A DNA stretch of 64,000 nucleotides, taken from NCBI GenBank assembly GCA_043228905.1, contig JBHGNT010000006.1, forward strand, positions 11,470,001 through 11,534,000. The letters are read 5' to 3'. Of this stretch, positions 37,408 to 51,427 are shown in pieces (position 1 is the first letter of the stretch; the number at the start of each line of letters is the position of its first letter). Under the pieces are notes generated by a model. That model searched no databases, was not told where the DNA came from, and saw nothing but the letters and a program-made list of their open reading frames with translations. The translations under genes and the position numbers were made by a program. The stretch comes from Azolla caroliniana (taxonomy: Eukaryota > Plantae > Polypodiophyta).

Positions 37408-38365
37408 TTAGAATGACAGATAATAGAAGACAAGGAAAAACAATAGTACAGAGACACAAGTATTTTATTTGGAAACCCTAATAGGGAAAAACCACGGGAG
37501 TCCCAAAACTCCAAAATATATCACTATGGTGGGAGGAATATACACAAGAGACTCTAAGGCAACAACCTTGAGCTCCTCTTCGTTAGACGATGGTTACAAT
37601 AGAGTTAGAACTCTCCCTTACTCTCTCTTTCTCTCTCTTAGTTATAGAGGCAACAAGCTTGAGAAACTACTCATCATACTCATAATGATTTGCCCTAAGT
37701 TTTATTTATACTAATACGACTTTTGGGATATTTACAATTCTAGCCCAAAATAGGCGTGACAAAACCTATTTACAAATATGGCCATTTCCGGATACTTCAT
37801 CCGGAACCGATCTAGATATGGATCCGGATCCGATCTTTCTTCTTCCTCGTATCCAACTAATCCGGCTTGTGCTCACTTCCCATCTGGAGGGACTTGTCTC
37901 CTAAAAAACGCCCCCTTCACTCCGGCATGGGGTGTTTTGTCAATCCGACCTGTCTCTGGCACACGTCCAACTTCTCTGCAGTTAACACCTTTGTCAGCAT
38001 GTCCAATCCATTCTCCGTTGTGTGGATCTTCATCAAAGCAAAGTCCTTTTCTTCTACCCGCTCTTGGAGCCAATGGTATCTCCTTTGGATGTGCTTGGTC
38101 CTCGAGTGGTAGGCAACATTCTTCGCAAGGTGGATGGCATTTTGGTTGTCACAGTAGAGTCCGGATTCCTCTTGCCGAATTCCTAGCTCTCCAATAAACT
38201 CCTTCATCCAGATTATCTCCTTGCCTGCTTCAACAACAACCATGTACTCCGCTTCTGTGGTCGATTGCACCACAGCCTTCTGCAACCTCGATTGCCATGA
38301 GACGGCTCCCCTGACATAATATGTCATTACATATCCAGACGTGGACCAACCGGTATCCACATCAT
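37408..38365 (-). mobile_element. Copia RNase H, PPT and 3' LTR fragment
   Basis: STSGY, STTEAEY and HSRTKHI in ORF 37917-38462; PPT gagtgaaggggg; LTR related to 27238 and 32659. Confidence 0.85.
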
Positions 38366-40995
38366 GGATACCAGTTGGTCTATGATGAATGCATAGTGAT
38401 ATGTCATGTAATCGTTGTGGCCAAATCAGCGGACTACGTTCTTTTCTTAGGTGGAGCGACATGGTGTTCCTGGTGTCCTAATGATAGACACATCCAATCC
38501 ACCATACTCATTGTTGCCAACTTCATCATGAATGCATAGCGATATGTCGTTCTTTTCCAGTTCTTGGACTGTTGCCACCTTCATCATGAATGCACAGTGA
38601 TATGCCATTAAATCATTGTAGCCGAATTGGTTGACTACGTTCTTTTCTTGGGTGGAGCGACGTGGTCCTTCTGGTGTCCTCATGATGGACACATCGAGTC
38701 CACCATACTCACTGTCATGTGAGTGAGTCGATTCATTTCCATCTAAGTCTTTGTACTCATGCATTTTGGCCTTACCTTTGGTATCCGTCTTCGGACTTGG
38801 CCATGACGTGCTTTGGTCGCTTGGAGGCTCTTGTGGTCCACTCAACCTGGTTGAGATTGGACTTTCCTCTTATGTGGGCCTCGGTCAATCATCCTCCTCC
38901 ATATCTGTGTCGAACTCGGTTTCGATTGTGTTGGATGAGACTGATTCGACTGTATACCAGGATGCCGACTCGTCAAATACTACATCCCTACTCACTCGTA
39001 CCTTCTTGGTGGAAGGGTTGAAACACTTATACCCTTTGGCTTGAGTGAGTACCCTACGAGTATACATTTCCCCGACTTGGGATCGAGCTTCTGTCGCTTC
39101 TCGTCGGGAATATGTACATATGTTATTGAACCGAATATCGTGACATGGGATAAATCTCGTTTCTTCCCATAGAGCTTTTCGTAGGGGGTAACATCGTGCA
39201 CTCTTGATGTTGTGCAACGATTCATTAAGTAGACGGCCGTATTCGCCGCTTTAGCCCAATATGATTTTGGCAGATGTTTCTCATTCATCATTGCCCTTAC
39301 CACCTCGTGTATGTGCCAATTCTTGCGTTCGTCTACTCCGTTCTACTGAGGTGTGTGTCAGCAAGTAAACTCCTGCCTAATTCCTTCTTGTTGAAGGTAT
39401 GTGGTAAAGGCGTCAGAGAAGTACTCTTTGCCGCCATCCAATCGAAGGCATCGTACATGGCGATTGGTTACCTTTTCGACTTCATTCTCGAATTTCTGGA
39501 AGTGCGAGAACACTTCATTTTTCTGGCGCATGGGATAAATCCAAGTATGTCTGTCTGGAAAAGTCGTCGATGAACGTTACGTAATACTAGCAACCACCAA
39601 ATGTTGTCGTTTGGGTTGGTCCCCATACATATGAATGTATTACATACAAGATCCCTTTGCTTACGTTCCTCTCCTTTGGGAACGGTTGTCGGTGTTGTTT
39701 GCCGAATTGGCAAGCTTCGCACACGCCTGCAATTTCCTTTTCGGTAAAAGTCAGGAGTCCGATGATGACTCCTTTTGATTGCATTCCTTTGAACTTTTGG
39801 AGGTTGATGTGCCCTATCCTCTTGTGCCACAACTCTATGTCGGCATTGGCTCTCTGGCCCTTGACATATATTGCCGATTTCATCTTGTGAGAGTCAAGGA
39901 TGAATATCTAGCCATCTCTCTGACAACAAGGAATAAGTCGGCCTTCTTTTTCGATGAAGCATCCTCTATCGTTGACGCAAACTTGCATGCCTTGTTCGAC
40001 TATTTGGCCAACTGAGACCAAGTTCTTTGTTATTGTAGGAACATGTTGAACGTTCTTGATGTAGGATTGGTTGCCTCCTTCCCCAAATGGGACATTGCCG
40101 ACATGCTAAATAGGGTGAATTGTGTCATCCCTAGTTTCCACATAGCTAGGTCTTTCGGGCTTTCATAGCTCTTTGAACCAATCCTCATGGGATGTCATGT
40201 GGTTGGATGCACCCGAGTCGACAAACCATACATCTTCTGGTTTGGAGGTGTTGGTCAGGTTGGAGGTTGTCATCGAGTTCGCTTTGTGCCTCATCACATA
40301 CATTCCGCCACGATTGTCATAGTCGGAGTTGGAGGCGTAGTTTGTGAGTTGCCGACTTGTGGAGGCCGACTCACTCTTCTTTTTCCAACACTTTGCCTCA
40401 TAGTGGCTGAATTTACCACAATATCTGCAATGGGAGGGCATGATTACTCTCCCTTCTTCTGGACGCCCCGCCTCGCGCACTCGAAACGTCTTGTCGGTAG
40501 TAGAAGTTCTCGGGGTTGCTCTTGGTTGTGTCGGCCTTGGCCGAATTGGTCTCTTCTTCCACGACCTTGTCCTCTTCCTCCATCAAAGTTCGAATAGAGC
40601 ATGTGTCCTTTTAGTGTTGTCGTGAAGATTTTTGGCAATGGTGTGAAAATTGTGTGCAACAAACGAAATCGAGAAGATGCAATGTGCACATGTGAAAGGG
40701 GTGAAGGCCACACACATATGCTAGCATGTTGTAAATAGGATTGAAATGAGAATCCTAAAAGGAAAGCTAGATGTAAAGTTAAACATGTGCACGTGTGATG
40801 TGCACTCAATTATAAATATAAAAAAAAAGACTAAAGCCTAGTAACATTTAAGTGCATACATAGGGGTGGACCTCCAAGATAGGAGACAAATTACCTTACC
40901 ACTAAAGCCACTACTGAGTGCTTTAGAATTTGTAGATTTTCTTTTCATATTCAGTATTTTGTAGGAAGCAAACGTATAGAAACTATGGGCACAAA

Positions 40996-41113
40996 ACCAT
41001 GGTTTTAGCCCATGGTTTTGAGCCCGTGGTTTTAGCCCATGGTTTTAGCTCGTGGTTTTAGCCCATGGTTTCAGTCCGTGGTTTTAGCCCGTGGGTTTCA
41101 GCCCATGGTTTTT
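40996..41113. repeat. 13-bp tandem repeat (agcccRtggtttt) in an LTR, with fewer copies in the 3' LTR (49311-49376)
   Basis: Directly visible. Confidence 0.85.
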
Positions 41114-43116
41114 GCATGGAGAGACCTATAAAAGCCTATAGTTGTGCTTGTCTAAGGGAGGCAAGTGATGTAACTAAAAAAGAAACTTTTAATCAAAGAT
41201 CTGAGTTATCCTAATGGTGATGTATCTTGTCTCGTAAAACTAAATTCAAGGGTTCAATCTCTATCTCAATCTCTCTCTCTCTTCATCCATCTATCTATCT
41301 TCAATACTTTCTCGCTTATGTTGTTAAAAACATCGAATCCTTCCGGTCTAGGACCCCGGTGGTCCCGCTTCATTTCGCGAACACGCGAGGATTTCCTCGA
41401 CATCTTACTTGGTGAACCCGACGTGAAGAAGCGGTAGGAAGGATCAAGACGAGGATCGACCAATACTTGGAGATGACATCCTCAAGCAATCAAGTGGGAG
41501 AGTTTGAAAGAATGATGATAATCCTCGAACAAATGATGAGATCTCGGGACAACGATGCAAGCGTGGAGAAGGCCGCCAACCGTGTCGTGGAGGTCGAGGG
41601 TCAATTTGATGGGAGGAGCATTACGAAGTTCCTAAATGTATTCAAAAGGGAGATGAATCAAAGGGACGTGTCTGAAGCATGACAAATCTCGAGTTTCAAG
41701 CGAGTTGCCACCAACAACGTCCAAAGGCGGGTCATCGAGCTTCAAGAAAGGAAGACAACATGGTCAAAGTTTGAAAGAGCAATATTAGCGGAGTTTGCGA
41801 TGGAAGATTTGTCGAGGATGACTCGACATGTCTTAATAAAGTGGATAGAAAAGAAAAATAAGAAGATGAGTGCCTTGAGGGTATACGACGAGTTCGACCA
41901 GATGTTTAATCGTCTCCCTGCCACGGACCAAGTGTTGCTTGAGGAGGACAAAACTTTGTACTTCCTGAAAGTTGTGGATATGAAGGATAGACGAGAATTG
42001 GGGATTCTCCTTGAAGATGATACCCAAGTGAATGGGCTTGTCGCAGACTGGGTTGCGGTGAAGAGAGCGTGCAACAAGATCGATAGGCGTCATCAATGGC
42101 TTGATGATATTGACTTGGTAAGGTCAAACGTAGAAAAAACAAGACCATCTAAAGAAGTCGAGCTGCCTAAACAAAGCAACCTACATGAAAAGAAGATTGA
42201 TGATGACTCAAGGATGGAGAAGGCCACTTCGAGGGAGGATGAATGTTTCGGAACACTCATCGTGTTCGAAACATCGGATGATGAAGGAGCAAGCCTAATC
42301 GAAGCTTGCATCAATGGAAATAAAGAGCGTGAGGCTAGCATAATTGAGGATCTAGCCGCTAAAGACGACATCAAGGAGGTGACTATGAACAAGAAAACAA
42401 GTGTCGACAACGACCAGGGCCAGATTTTCTCCGCACTTGTTCCAAAGACTTGGGTAGTTGTGTCCAAGAACCAACGTGAAACCCAAGAGACGGAAGGTGT
42501 CGGCGAGGAGCCGAAGATCGAAACGAATACATGCGACGAAGAGAGAAGCATAATCGAAGCTTGCTCGATTAAGAGGGTCAATGGGTACGAGGCCCATGAG
42601 ATTGAAGAGATAACCACGAAAAATGACATCGAGTCAGAGGTGGCTATGGAAGAATTAATGGCAGATGGCCGCGTCGAGGATTCCTTCACACAAGTTACGG
42701 AGACTTGGGCAGTTGTAGAGAACCAACATGAGACCCAAGAGATGGAAGGTGGTAGTAAGGGGAAGGACCAAGATGGTGTGCACAACATCGAGGCGAAGAT
42801 ATATATCGACGATTCAATGGTGAATGATGGCAGTGACAAGACTTTCCCCACACTGGTTCCAGAGACTTAGGCAATTGCGTCCGAGAACCAACATAAGACC
42901 CAAGAGAAGGAAAGTGGCAACAAGGGGGAGTTCAAATCTGATGTGAAAGATAACATCAAGACAAATGGATTCCTTTGCACATGTTCTAGAGACTTGAGCA
43001 ATTGTGGTTCAAAGCCAATGTGAGACCCAAGAGACAGAAGATGATGGCGGGGAAGTGAAGGTCCAAGCTACTGCAAATAATGATGTTGGGCAATGGCCGA
43101 CAAATACATAAGGATC

Positions 43117-46100
43117 TATTGAGAGACAAGCTCAACATCGGCCGGATCGGCTGAAGAAGTCGAGGACCGGATCGGTTGGGACCGATCGGTTAGGCCGAGT
43201 GCGTAAACCGGGAGGTCGTTAGGAAAGATATTCCGTGAGGAATATATTTGGGAGTTAGTGTAGGAGCTCTTGATGAGCATTGAAGTACTGTCAGTACTTC
43301 GGTCAGTCCTTTTATGACTTGTATAAAAGTGCTCACTGAGCACGTCTTATGTACAGACTGAGTATTATTATTGAATATAGTTTTTTGCATTCTCTCTCTC
43401 TCTCTCTCCCGGGTATACCGTGTAAGCTCAAGCTCTCCATTAAACCTGAGTTTCCTTCCTTCTGTTCGGTCTTCATACTTGCTTCCGCACGTTACTTTCT
43501 ACATGGTATCAGAGCGTGAGGGTTGAGAACCTCTCTACAACCGACACAGCTTGACGAAGAAGAACAAGAAGAACGATGGATAGAGGCATGGCGAGCTCGC
43601 TTCCAACAGAGAAGCTCGACAGAACCAACTACGCGTCTTGGTCCTACAAGATGCACCAGTACCTGCTCGGGCACGACTACTGGAGTTATGTCGAAGGAGC
43701 TAATGACATGGCACCCGAATCGACACAAAGAGACTTCCCGTCGTGGGAGCAATCGGCGAGCAGGGTATTATACTGCTTCGCGTCGTGTGTGGGCGAACAA
43801 CTATTGAGCTATGTTCGGGATGCAAAGACGCTGAAGGGTGTGTGGGAAAATCTGAAGAAGATTTTCGCCGCGAGCACCACAGCCAGGAAGCTTCAGCTCC
43901 GACAGGAGTTGAGCAACCTACGACAACGCGACTTGTCGATGGCGGACTATACCTCGAAGATCAAGGATATCTACGACTCCCTCGCCTCCATAGAGGTGAA
44001 CATCGAGGAGAGCGAGATGGTCCAGATCTGTCTCGGAGGTTTGGCGTCGAAGTTCGGAGCGTTCCGAACGGCTGTGTGTACCCGGGAGAATACGCCGTCC
44101 TTTTTCGACTTACAGTCGATGCTCCTGGTAGAGGAGAACCACGCGGGTGCGTCTACAAGCACGCACACCGACAGCAGAATGTTGTACACGGAGGGAGATA
44201 GGCCCCGTGGACGTGGAGGACGAGGCGAGTCGGGGCGCAATGGAGGCGACCGACGAGATCAAGAAAGAAGGCACCGAAGTGATGCCGACAGCAACTCCGG
44301 ACCCTCCGGAAACAGGGGGAGTCGAAGCGATGAGAACCGGCAAGGGAAGGCCATCGCGGAGTGCTGGTACTGTGGCAAGAAAGGCCACAAGGAAAGTGAG
44401 TGCTGGAAGAAGCGCGCCGACTCGAAGAGAACTGGTTCCGGGAACGGCTCCAGACATACCGACAAGGGAAATTGGCAGTGATCGCACTACGCCGAAGAGT
44501 CTGGGAGAGCTGGAGAAGGGTCTGTCTTCGTGACGAGACACGAAGCAAACTCAATGAAACAGAGCACCCCGAGATCGGACGAGGTGTGGTACGTGGACTA
44601 CGGCGCATCAAACCACATGACGAGCCATAAGGAGTGGTTCTCGTACCTTGAAAAACCGATACAACCGGGAGTAGTCGCAACAGGAGACGACACTCCACAT
44701 CCGATCGCGAATGTCGGAGAAGTTCCCCTTAGCCATGTCGGGCAGAAAGGGAAACTCATGAACGTGTTGCACGTTCCGACAATCACGAAGAACTTGGTCT
44801 CGGTCGGACAGATCGTCGACCAAGGGATGGAGGTTCGGTTTACACACCTCGGGTGCTTCATTGAGGAAGAGGGTCGTGTGATTGCGCAAGGGCGCAGAGA
44901 CGGGAGGATGTTCATCCTCGATTCCACTTACGGTGGCACCGCAATGTTCGGAAAGGGACAAAAGACCGAGTCGGACATCGACTTGTGGCACAAGCGGATA
45001 GGCCACGTCAACCACCAAAGGACCGTAGTATACATCCAGAACCGGATCGGAGACAAACTGTCGGCGCACGAGCTATATTTTGGAACGAAGCCGAACTTGC
45101 GACACTTGAGGGTGTTCGGTAGCATTGCGTATGTGCATGTACCGAAGGAGAAAAGGAGGAAGCTGGATGCAAAGGCCGATAAATGCATCTTGGTTGGTTA
45201 CTTGGACGAGTAGAAGGGTTATAAGTGGTATAACCCTCGCACCAAACAAGCGCATGTCAGCCGCGACGTTGTGTTTGACGAGTCCGCGTCCTGGTACCTG
45301 CCCCCGACTACGAACCTCAACTCCAATCCGAGCTCTGACGATGTGGTCAGCGAGGCCGAGATGCCTCCGGATGAGCCCGAAATTGAGACCCGCGAAGAGA
45401 GTCCGATTTCACTCCGGTTAAGTGGACCGATTGGACGACTGAGTCGGTATTAGTCCAATGAAGAGCCGGCGAGTAGTGGAGACTTGGTTGTGCATTCCCT
45501 GCGCAAGAAGCCAAGGAGACGGCTTACGCGCAAAGAGAAAGGGAAGAAGAAGGTGTCAGATTCCGGCATGGAAAGGAACGAGTCAGACCGACGCGAGTCC
45601 GACTCCGAGGGAACTGGTGACGGGTCTTTAAAGGTGAAGACCGCATCGACCGAGAAGGCCTCGACATCGGCTAATGTGAGATTACGCCGATCTACCCGCC
45701 AGAAGAACCCAGTTGTGCGGTTCGGATACAACGAGTACATGGCGCATCATTATGCGTACATGACCCGTGTAGCGGAAGTGCGTGAGCTGGAGAGCTACGC
45801 AGAAGCGGCTAAAGACGCGAATTGGCGCGCCGCGATGGAGGAAGAGATGCACGCATTGGCGGAGAACGAGACCTGGGACCTAGTTGATGCACCGAAGGGT
45901 GTGAAGCTGATCGGGTGTAGGTGGGTGTACAAGGTCAAGTACAACACCAATGGCTCGGTCAACCGGTACAAGTCTCGGCTAGTGGCAAAGGGCTACGCGC
46001 AGAAACACGACATTAACTACGATGAGACGTTTGTGCCGGTCGCGAAAATGATGACCGTCCGTGTTTTGCTCGCAGTAGCTGCGGCGAAGGGGTGGCACTT

Positions 46101-48219
46101 ACATTAGATGGATGTAAAGAATGCGTTCCTGCAAGGTGACCTTGAGGAACAGGTGTACATGGTACAACTCCCCGGATTTCACTCCGGAATGAACTCCTCG
46201 GCAGTATGCCGACTGAAGAAGTCCCTTTACGGACTGAAGCAAGCCCCGCGTGCCTGGAACGCGAAGATCACGCAACAACTGCGTCGGATGGGCTTCGTCA
46301 CGTCAAAGTCGGACTCCTCCCTGTTCATCTGGAAAGGTCGACTCGGACCGGTTAGTATTCTACTATATGTTGATGACTTGGTCATCACCGGCGTCGACCT
46401 AGGTGAAATCGACCGCGTGAAGCTCCAGCTTGCGGCATCGTTCGACATGAAGGATCTGGGGGACCTTCATTACTTCCTCGGGATCGAAGTGATCCGTACC
46501 CCCAACGGCATATTGATCAGCCAACGTCATTACGTGTTGGGTATGCTCTTCAAACTCGGGATGGCCGACTGTAAGTCCATCTCGACTCCTCTGGACAGAA
46601 CCATCAAGCTTCGTCCCGATACGGGAAAGGTATGCGACCCGACGAGGTTCCGACAAATTGTCGGACGCCTCATATACTTGACCATCACCCGACCCGACCT
46701 CAATTATCCGGTCGGAGTGATCAGTCAGTTCATGGCGCGACCTACCGAGGAGCACCTTCAGTGTGCGCAACGCATACTTCGGTATGTCAACGGCACTAAG
46801 GACCGGGGACTGCTATATCGGACCCGTGCAGCCACGCGGTTAGTCGGCTACACCGATGCTGATTGGGCTGGCAATGCCGCCGATCGCCGATCCACGTCTG
46901 GATATGCGTTCTCCTTCGGGAGTGCCGCGATAGCGTGGAGCAGTAAGAAGCAGCCGATAGTTGCACTGTCGAGCACCGAAGCGGAGTATCGAGGAGCGGT
47001 TGTCGCGACATGCGAAGCCATCTGGTTGAAGCGGCTACTTAAGGACCTGTAAGAGGAGGTGTCCGATCCAACGACGATCTACTGCGACAACCTCAGCAGC
47101 ATCCAGCTCACGAAAAACCTTGTTTTCCACGCACGGACCAAGCACATTGAGGTGCACTACCATTTCGTCCGTGAGCGTGTCCTTTCCGGTGAAGTCGAAC
47201 TTCTATACGTTCCGACGGATCGGCAGGCTGCCGACATCTTCACCAAGCCACTTGGTCTAGACAAGTTGCATCAATTCTCAGGTGCGCTCGGGTTGCGTCA
47301 CCTTGACGTGCCGAACTTGAGGGGGAGAACAGTCCCGAACGACCAAGCAAGGCAGCAGGAAAGGAACGGACACCGCGACACCGAGTCGGTTGACAAGTTC
47401 GACATTGGATCGGCTGAAGAAGCCGAGGGCGGACCCACGGAAAAGTTTGGAAGCAGGCAGAAGGGGAGCAACCGAAGGAGAGAGCCAAAGCCAACCACGC
47501 ATGAGGAGGATGACGCCATCGAGGGCGAGAAGACCGAAGACGAGTTGGAGACAGCCAACTCGGACGAGAGCGAAGACCGATCGGAGGTAGCCGAGTCGGT
47601 TCGTATTTTTGATTCAGACACGCTGAATCAACCGAGGCCCAAGCGGAAGAAAAGGCAGCAGGAGAAGCGTCAACACCGCAATAGTAGAAGAGCTGATAAG
47701 GGCCGCATGAGCAGACAAGCCGACGGGAAGGGTCGAAGCGCGCAGAGTCGAACAGGTCGAGCAAGGCGAGAAGCCAGGAGGAATCGGCGCTGTGAAGATC
47801 CCAAAGAGCCTCAAGTTGAGCTTGAGGCGGAATGTTGAGAGACAAGCTCAACATCGGCCGGATCGGCTGAAGAAGCCGAGGACCGGATCGGTTGGGACCG
47901 ATTGGTTAGGCCGAGTGCGTAAACCGGGAGGTCGTTAGGAAAGATATTCCGTGAGGAATATATTTGGGAGTTAGTGTAGGAGCTCTTGATGAGCATTGAA
48001 GTACTGTCAGTACTTCGGTCAGTCCTTTTAGGACTTGTATAAAAGTGCTCACTGAGCACGTCTTATGTACAGACTGAGTATTATTATTGAATATAGTTTT
48101 TTGCATTCTCTCTCTCTGTCTCTCCCGCGTATACCGTGTAAGCTCAAGCTCTCCATTAAACCTGAGTTTCCTTCCTTCTGTTCGGTCTTCATACTTGCTT
48201 CCGCACATTACTTTCTACA
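43117..48219 (+). mobile_element. Ty1/copia with 387-bp LTRs (43117-43503 and 47833-48219); integrase core deleted; several stops
   Basis: TSD GGATC; PBS tggtatcagagc at 43504; gag 43576-44481 (CWYCGKKGHKESEC); RT/RNase H 45800-47330; deletion junction near 45017. Confidence 0.95.
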
Positions 48220-49523
48220 GGATCTCTCCACACTTGTTCTAGAGACTTGGGCATTAACCGATGTAAGACCCAATGACAACGAAGAAGCAAGGGTTGAAGC
48301 TGATGTGTGGGAGGAAGAGGTCAAGCAAAGTATAGAGACAAAAGCTGATGTGTAGAATAAAGAGTCCGAGCAAAGTATGACAAGGGATGACAATGGTCAA
48401 GTGAGCCATTAGAATCCGAAGGATGTGATCAAAACATCTAGCAAAGACGCTAGTGTGAAGATTGTCAACTCTAACATGAGATTGTATCATGAAACTAGAG
48501 AAAGTGAGAAATATAGAGCATGGTTGCTTAAGGATCTCAAAGTGGGCATGCACTTGAAGGTACTACATGGGGTAGTCAATGTCATTATTCAGATAAAGGC
48601 TTGGGGAGAAAGACACAAAACAAAAATGTGTAACGGGTCAAAGTGCCTTGAGCAAGGAGACGATCGGGACAAAGGTGAAACATGCATAAAACCTAAACAG
48701 TTATGTTCGGAAGGAGAACAATGAGCCATGACAACTGGTCATGGTAAAACAAAAAATGAGCGAATGATATGGTGGATTGGGTGGCGACAATGGTTCGAGT
48801 GAAGGGAATGGACATGCTTGAAATGGAGGAATCGTACTAATCACCATAGCTGAAATCTCACACACTCACTTCTTGGCACGTACTAGAGGACGTGCGCTTT
48901 GGTGGGGGTGGATGTTGTGAAGATTTTCGGAAACGGTGTGAAAATTGTGTGCAACGAACGAAATCGAGAAGGTGCAATGTGCACGTGTGAAAGGGGTGAA
49001 AGCCACACGCATATGCTAGCATGTTGTAAATAGGACTGAAATGAGAATCCTAAAAGGAAAGCTAGATGTAAAGTTAAACATGTGCACGTGTGATGTGCGC
49101 TCAATTGTAAATATAAAAAAAAGACTAAAGCCTAGTAACATTTAAGTACATACACATAGGGGTGGAAACAAGGCTTGAACCTTGCACCTACACGATAGGA
49201 GACAAATTACCTTGCCACTAAAGCCACTACTGAGTGCTTTAAAATTTGTATATTTGCTTTTCATATTCAATATTTTGTAGGAAGCAAACGTATAGAAACT
49301 GTGGGCACAAAACCGTGGTTTTAGCCCGTGGTTTTAGCCCATGGTTTCAGTCCGTGGGTTTCAGCCCATGGTTTTTGCATGGAGAGACCTATAAAAGCCT
49401 ATAGTTGGGCTTGTGTAAGGGAGGCAAGTGATGTAACTGAAAAAGAAACTTTTAATCAACGATCTAAGCTATCCTAATGGTGATGTATCTTGTCTCATAA
49501 AACTAAAGTCAAGGGTTCAATCT

Positions 49524-49565
<42 letters not shown>

Positions 49566-51406
49566 ATCCATCTATTTATCTTCAATACTTTCTCGCTGGG
49601 CTATTAAAAACATTGAATCCTTCCGGTCCAAGACCCCGACAGTCCCGCTTCATTTCGCGAACACGCAAGGATTTCCTCGACAACGCATTGGTTCTTGTTC
49701 GAACATGATTCTCCTAGACCACAACATCGACTGGAGATCGAAGAAGGAGAGAGGATTCTCCCTAAATCCCCTCGCGAGGACTGCCGACCGAATGGCTCTG
49801 AACCAAGGTGCTAAGCCTCCGAGGCAAATCTGCACCATTTCATCGTTGTCAATGTTAGCATTGATCGACCCGAGGGCATCACAAAACTCCTTGATCTTCA
49901 AGGTGTAGCTGTCGATTGGCACGTCCCTTTGTTGTATATCGTTCAATTCTTGATGGAGTTGAAGCTTTCTTGTGGTTGTGTTGGCCGCGAAAATCATCTT
50001 GAGGTTCCCCCATGCCTCGGGCGTTTTCGCCTCTCAGTTCTAGTTGAGCATATGATCATGGACGCATGATGCAAGGTAGTACAATACACGACTCACCGCT
50101 TGCTCCCAAGCTGGGTAGTCACCATGTGTTGGGTTGGGTTGATTTTTGTTTGCTCCTTCGACATAACTCCAATAGCCTTGCCCGACAAGGTATTGGTGCA
50201 TCTTGTACTCCCAAGATGCAAAGTTTTTTTTGTCGAGCTTCTCGGTAGGAAGAGTGCTTCCCATCTGAGTGTTCATTGTCTAACTTCTTCTTCTTCTCCT
50301 CTTTGATACGAACTGTGCAGATTGCTGATACAACGATCAACCGGTTCTTTCCGAACGTGGGCTTGGGCACAACACACGTAAAGGCGATGGGCTTGAATCA
50401 AGCTACCACATGCTTTGATACCATGTAAAGAATCAGATGGATTTTGTGCAGTGGAAGAACTGTATGTGTGTGGAGAGAGAGAGAGAGAGAGATTACAGAA
50501 AATCAGAAAATTGTATTACAAGGAAGCAAGAATGACCAACAGTTACAAAGAGAAGGAGAAGGTGCTTATGTAGTCACCTTCTCTCTAGGTTCTATCACTA
50601 GAGGCGCCTCTTGGGAAAGAGGTTGAGTCTTAACTACTTAAGGAATATGTGTCATAGGATATTAACTCCTATGACACACTAGTTACGATACAAGGAGGTG
50701 GGGTGGTCACACACTCGAGTATCCTGGAGTGTGTTTACACACACGGGAAGTTGAGTTTGATTCTCAACAGTCCCAATGAGAAGCACATTGATGACTTTAC
50801 GGTTGATTTGCAAGCCTCTTTCGTAATGTCAGATTTGGGGCATTTGCATCATTATTTGGGCATTCAAATTATGCAAGTTGATGGTGGAATAACTTTGTGT
50901 CAATTGAAATACATTGACATATTATTGCAATGTTTTGGCCTTGAAGACTGTAAACCTATTGCCACTCCCATGGAGACAAGTTTACGTTTGAGCCTTCATG
51001 ATGTTGGAGATGCATTTGAGGTTGTTCTTTATCAACAAGCAATTGGATGCTTGATTTACTTATGCATAACCCGACTTGATATTCAGTTTGTTGTCTCTCA
51101 GATGAGTAGGTTTATGCATTGCCCAGGAGTTAAGCTTTGGTAGGCAGTTAAGTGCATCTTTGGCTATTTGAGTGGTACCCGACCACTTAGATTGTTTTAT
51201 CCCAAGGGGGGATCACTACCGCCAGGACTTGCATGCTTTTTCTGACTCTGATTGGGCCGGTTGCTATGACACTCACATGTCCACAAGTGGTTTTTGCTTC
51301 ATGCTTGGTAGCTCATGTATATCTTGGTTGAGCAAGAAACTGCCTATTGTGGCCACTTCCAGTTGTGAGGTTGAGTATAGGGTAGCTTTCACAGCTACAG
51401 TTGAAT

Positions 51407-51427
51407 CCCTAAACCCTAAACCCTAAA
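51407..51427. repeat. Three plant telomere repeats (CCCTAAA)3
   Basis: ccctaaaccctaaaccctaaa at the point where the copia RNase H breaks off. Confidence 0.8.

Larger units (their letters stand above)
40618..49682 (+). mobile_element. Non-autonomous gag-only gypsy; LTRs 40618-41402 and 48913-49682; tRNA-Trp PBS
   Basis: PBS tggtgaacccgacgtg at 41410; PPT ggtgggggtgga at 48901-48912; gag-like ORFs 41467-42870 are similar to the gag of 19274-26605; no pol motifs found. Confidence 0.88.
35171..50769 (-). mobile_element. Degenerate Ty1/copia with LTRs 35171-35525 and 50424-50769, carrying nested inserts
   Basis: TSD GTCCC; Met-i PBS at 50412-50423; gag at 49683-50276 and 40160-40617; integrase 38900-39900; RT/RNase H 35700-36756. 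Confidence 0.9.
16930..51405 (+). mobile_element. Outer degenerate Ty1/copia hosting ~30 kb of nested elements; 5' LTR 16930-17075, 3' end truncated
   Basis: PBS tggtatcaaagc at 17077; gag at 17450-17851 resumes at ~31423; integrase at 32400-34200; RT at 34560-35170 resumes at 50775 across TSD GTCCC; breaks off in RNase H. Confidence 0.88.

Noticed and set aside
38365-38720. Local duplications in the copia integrase-RT linker
   Set aside because: Ordinary rearrangement debris at a nested deletion junction.
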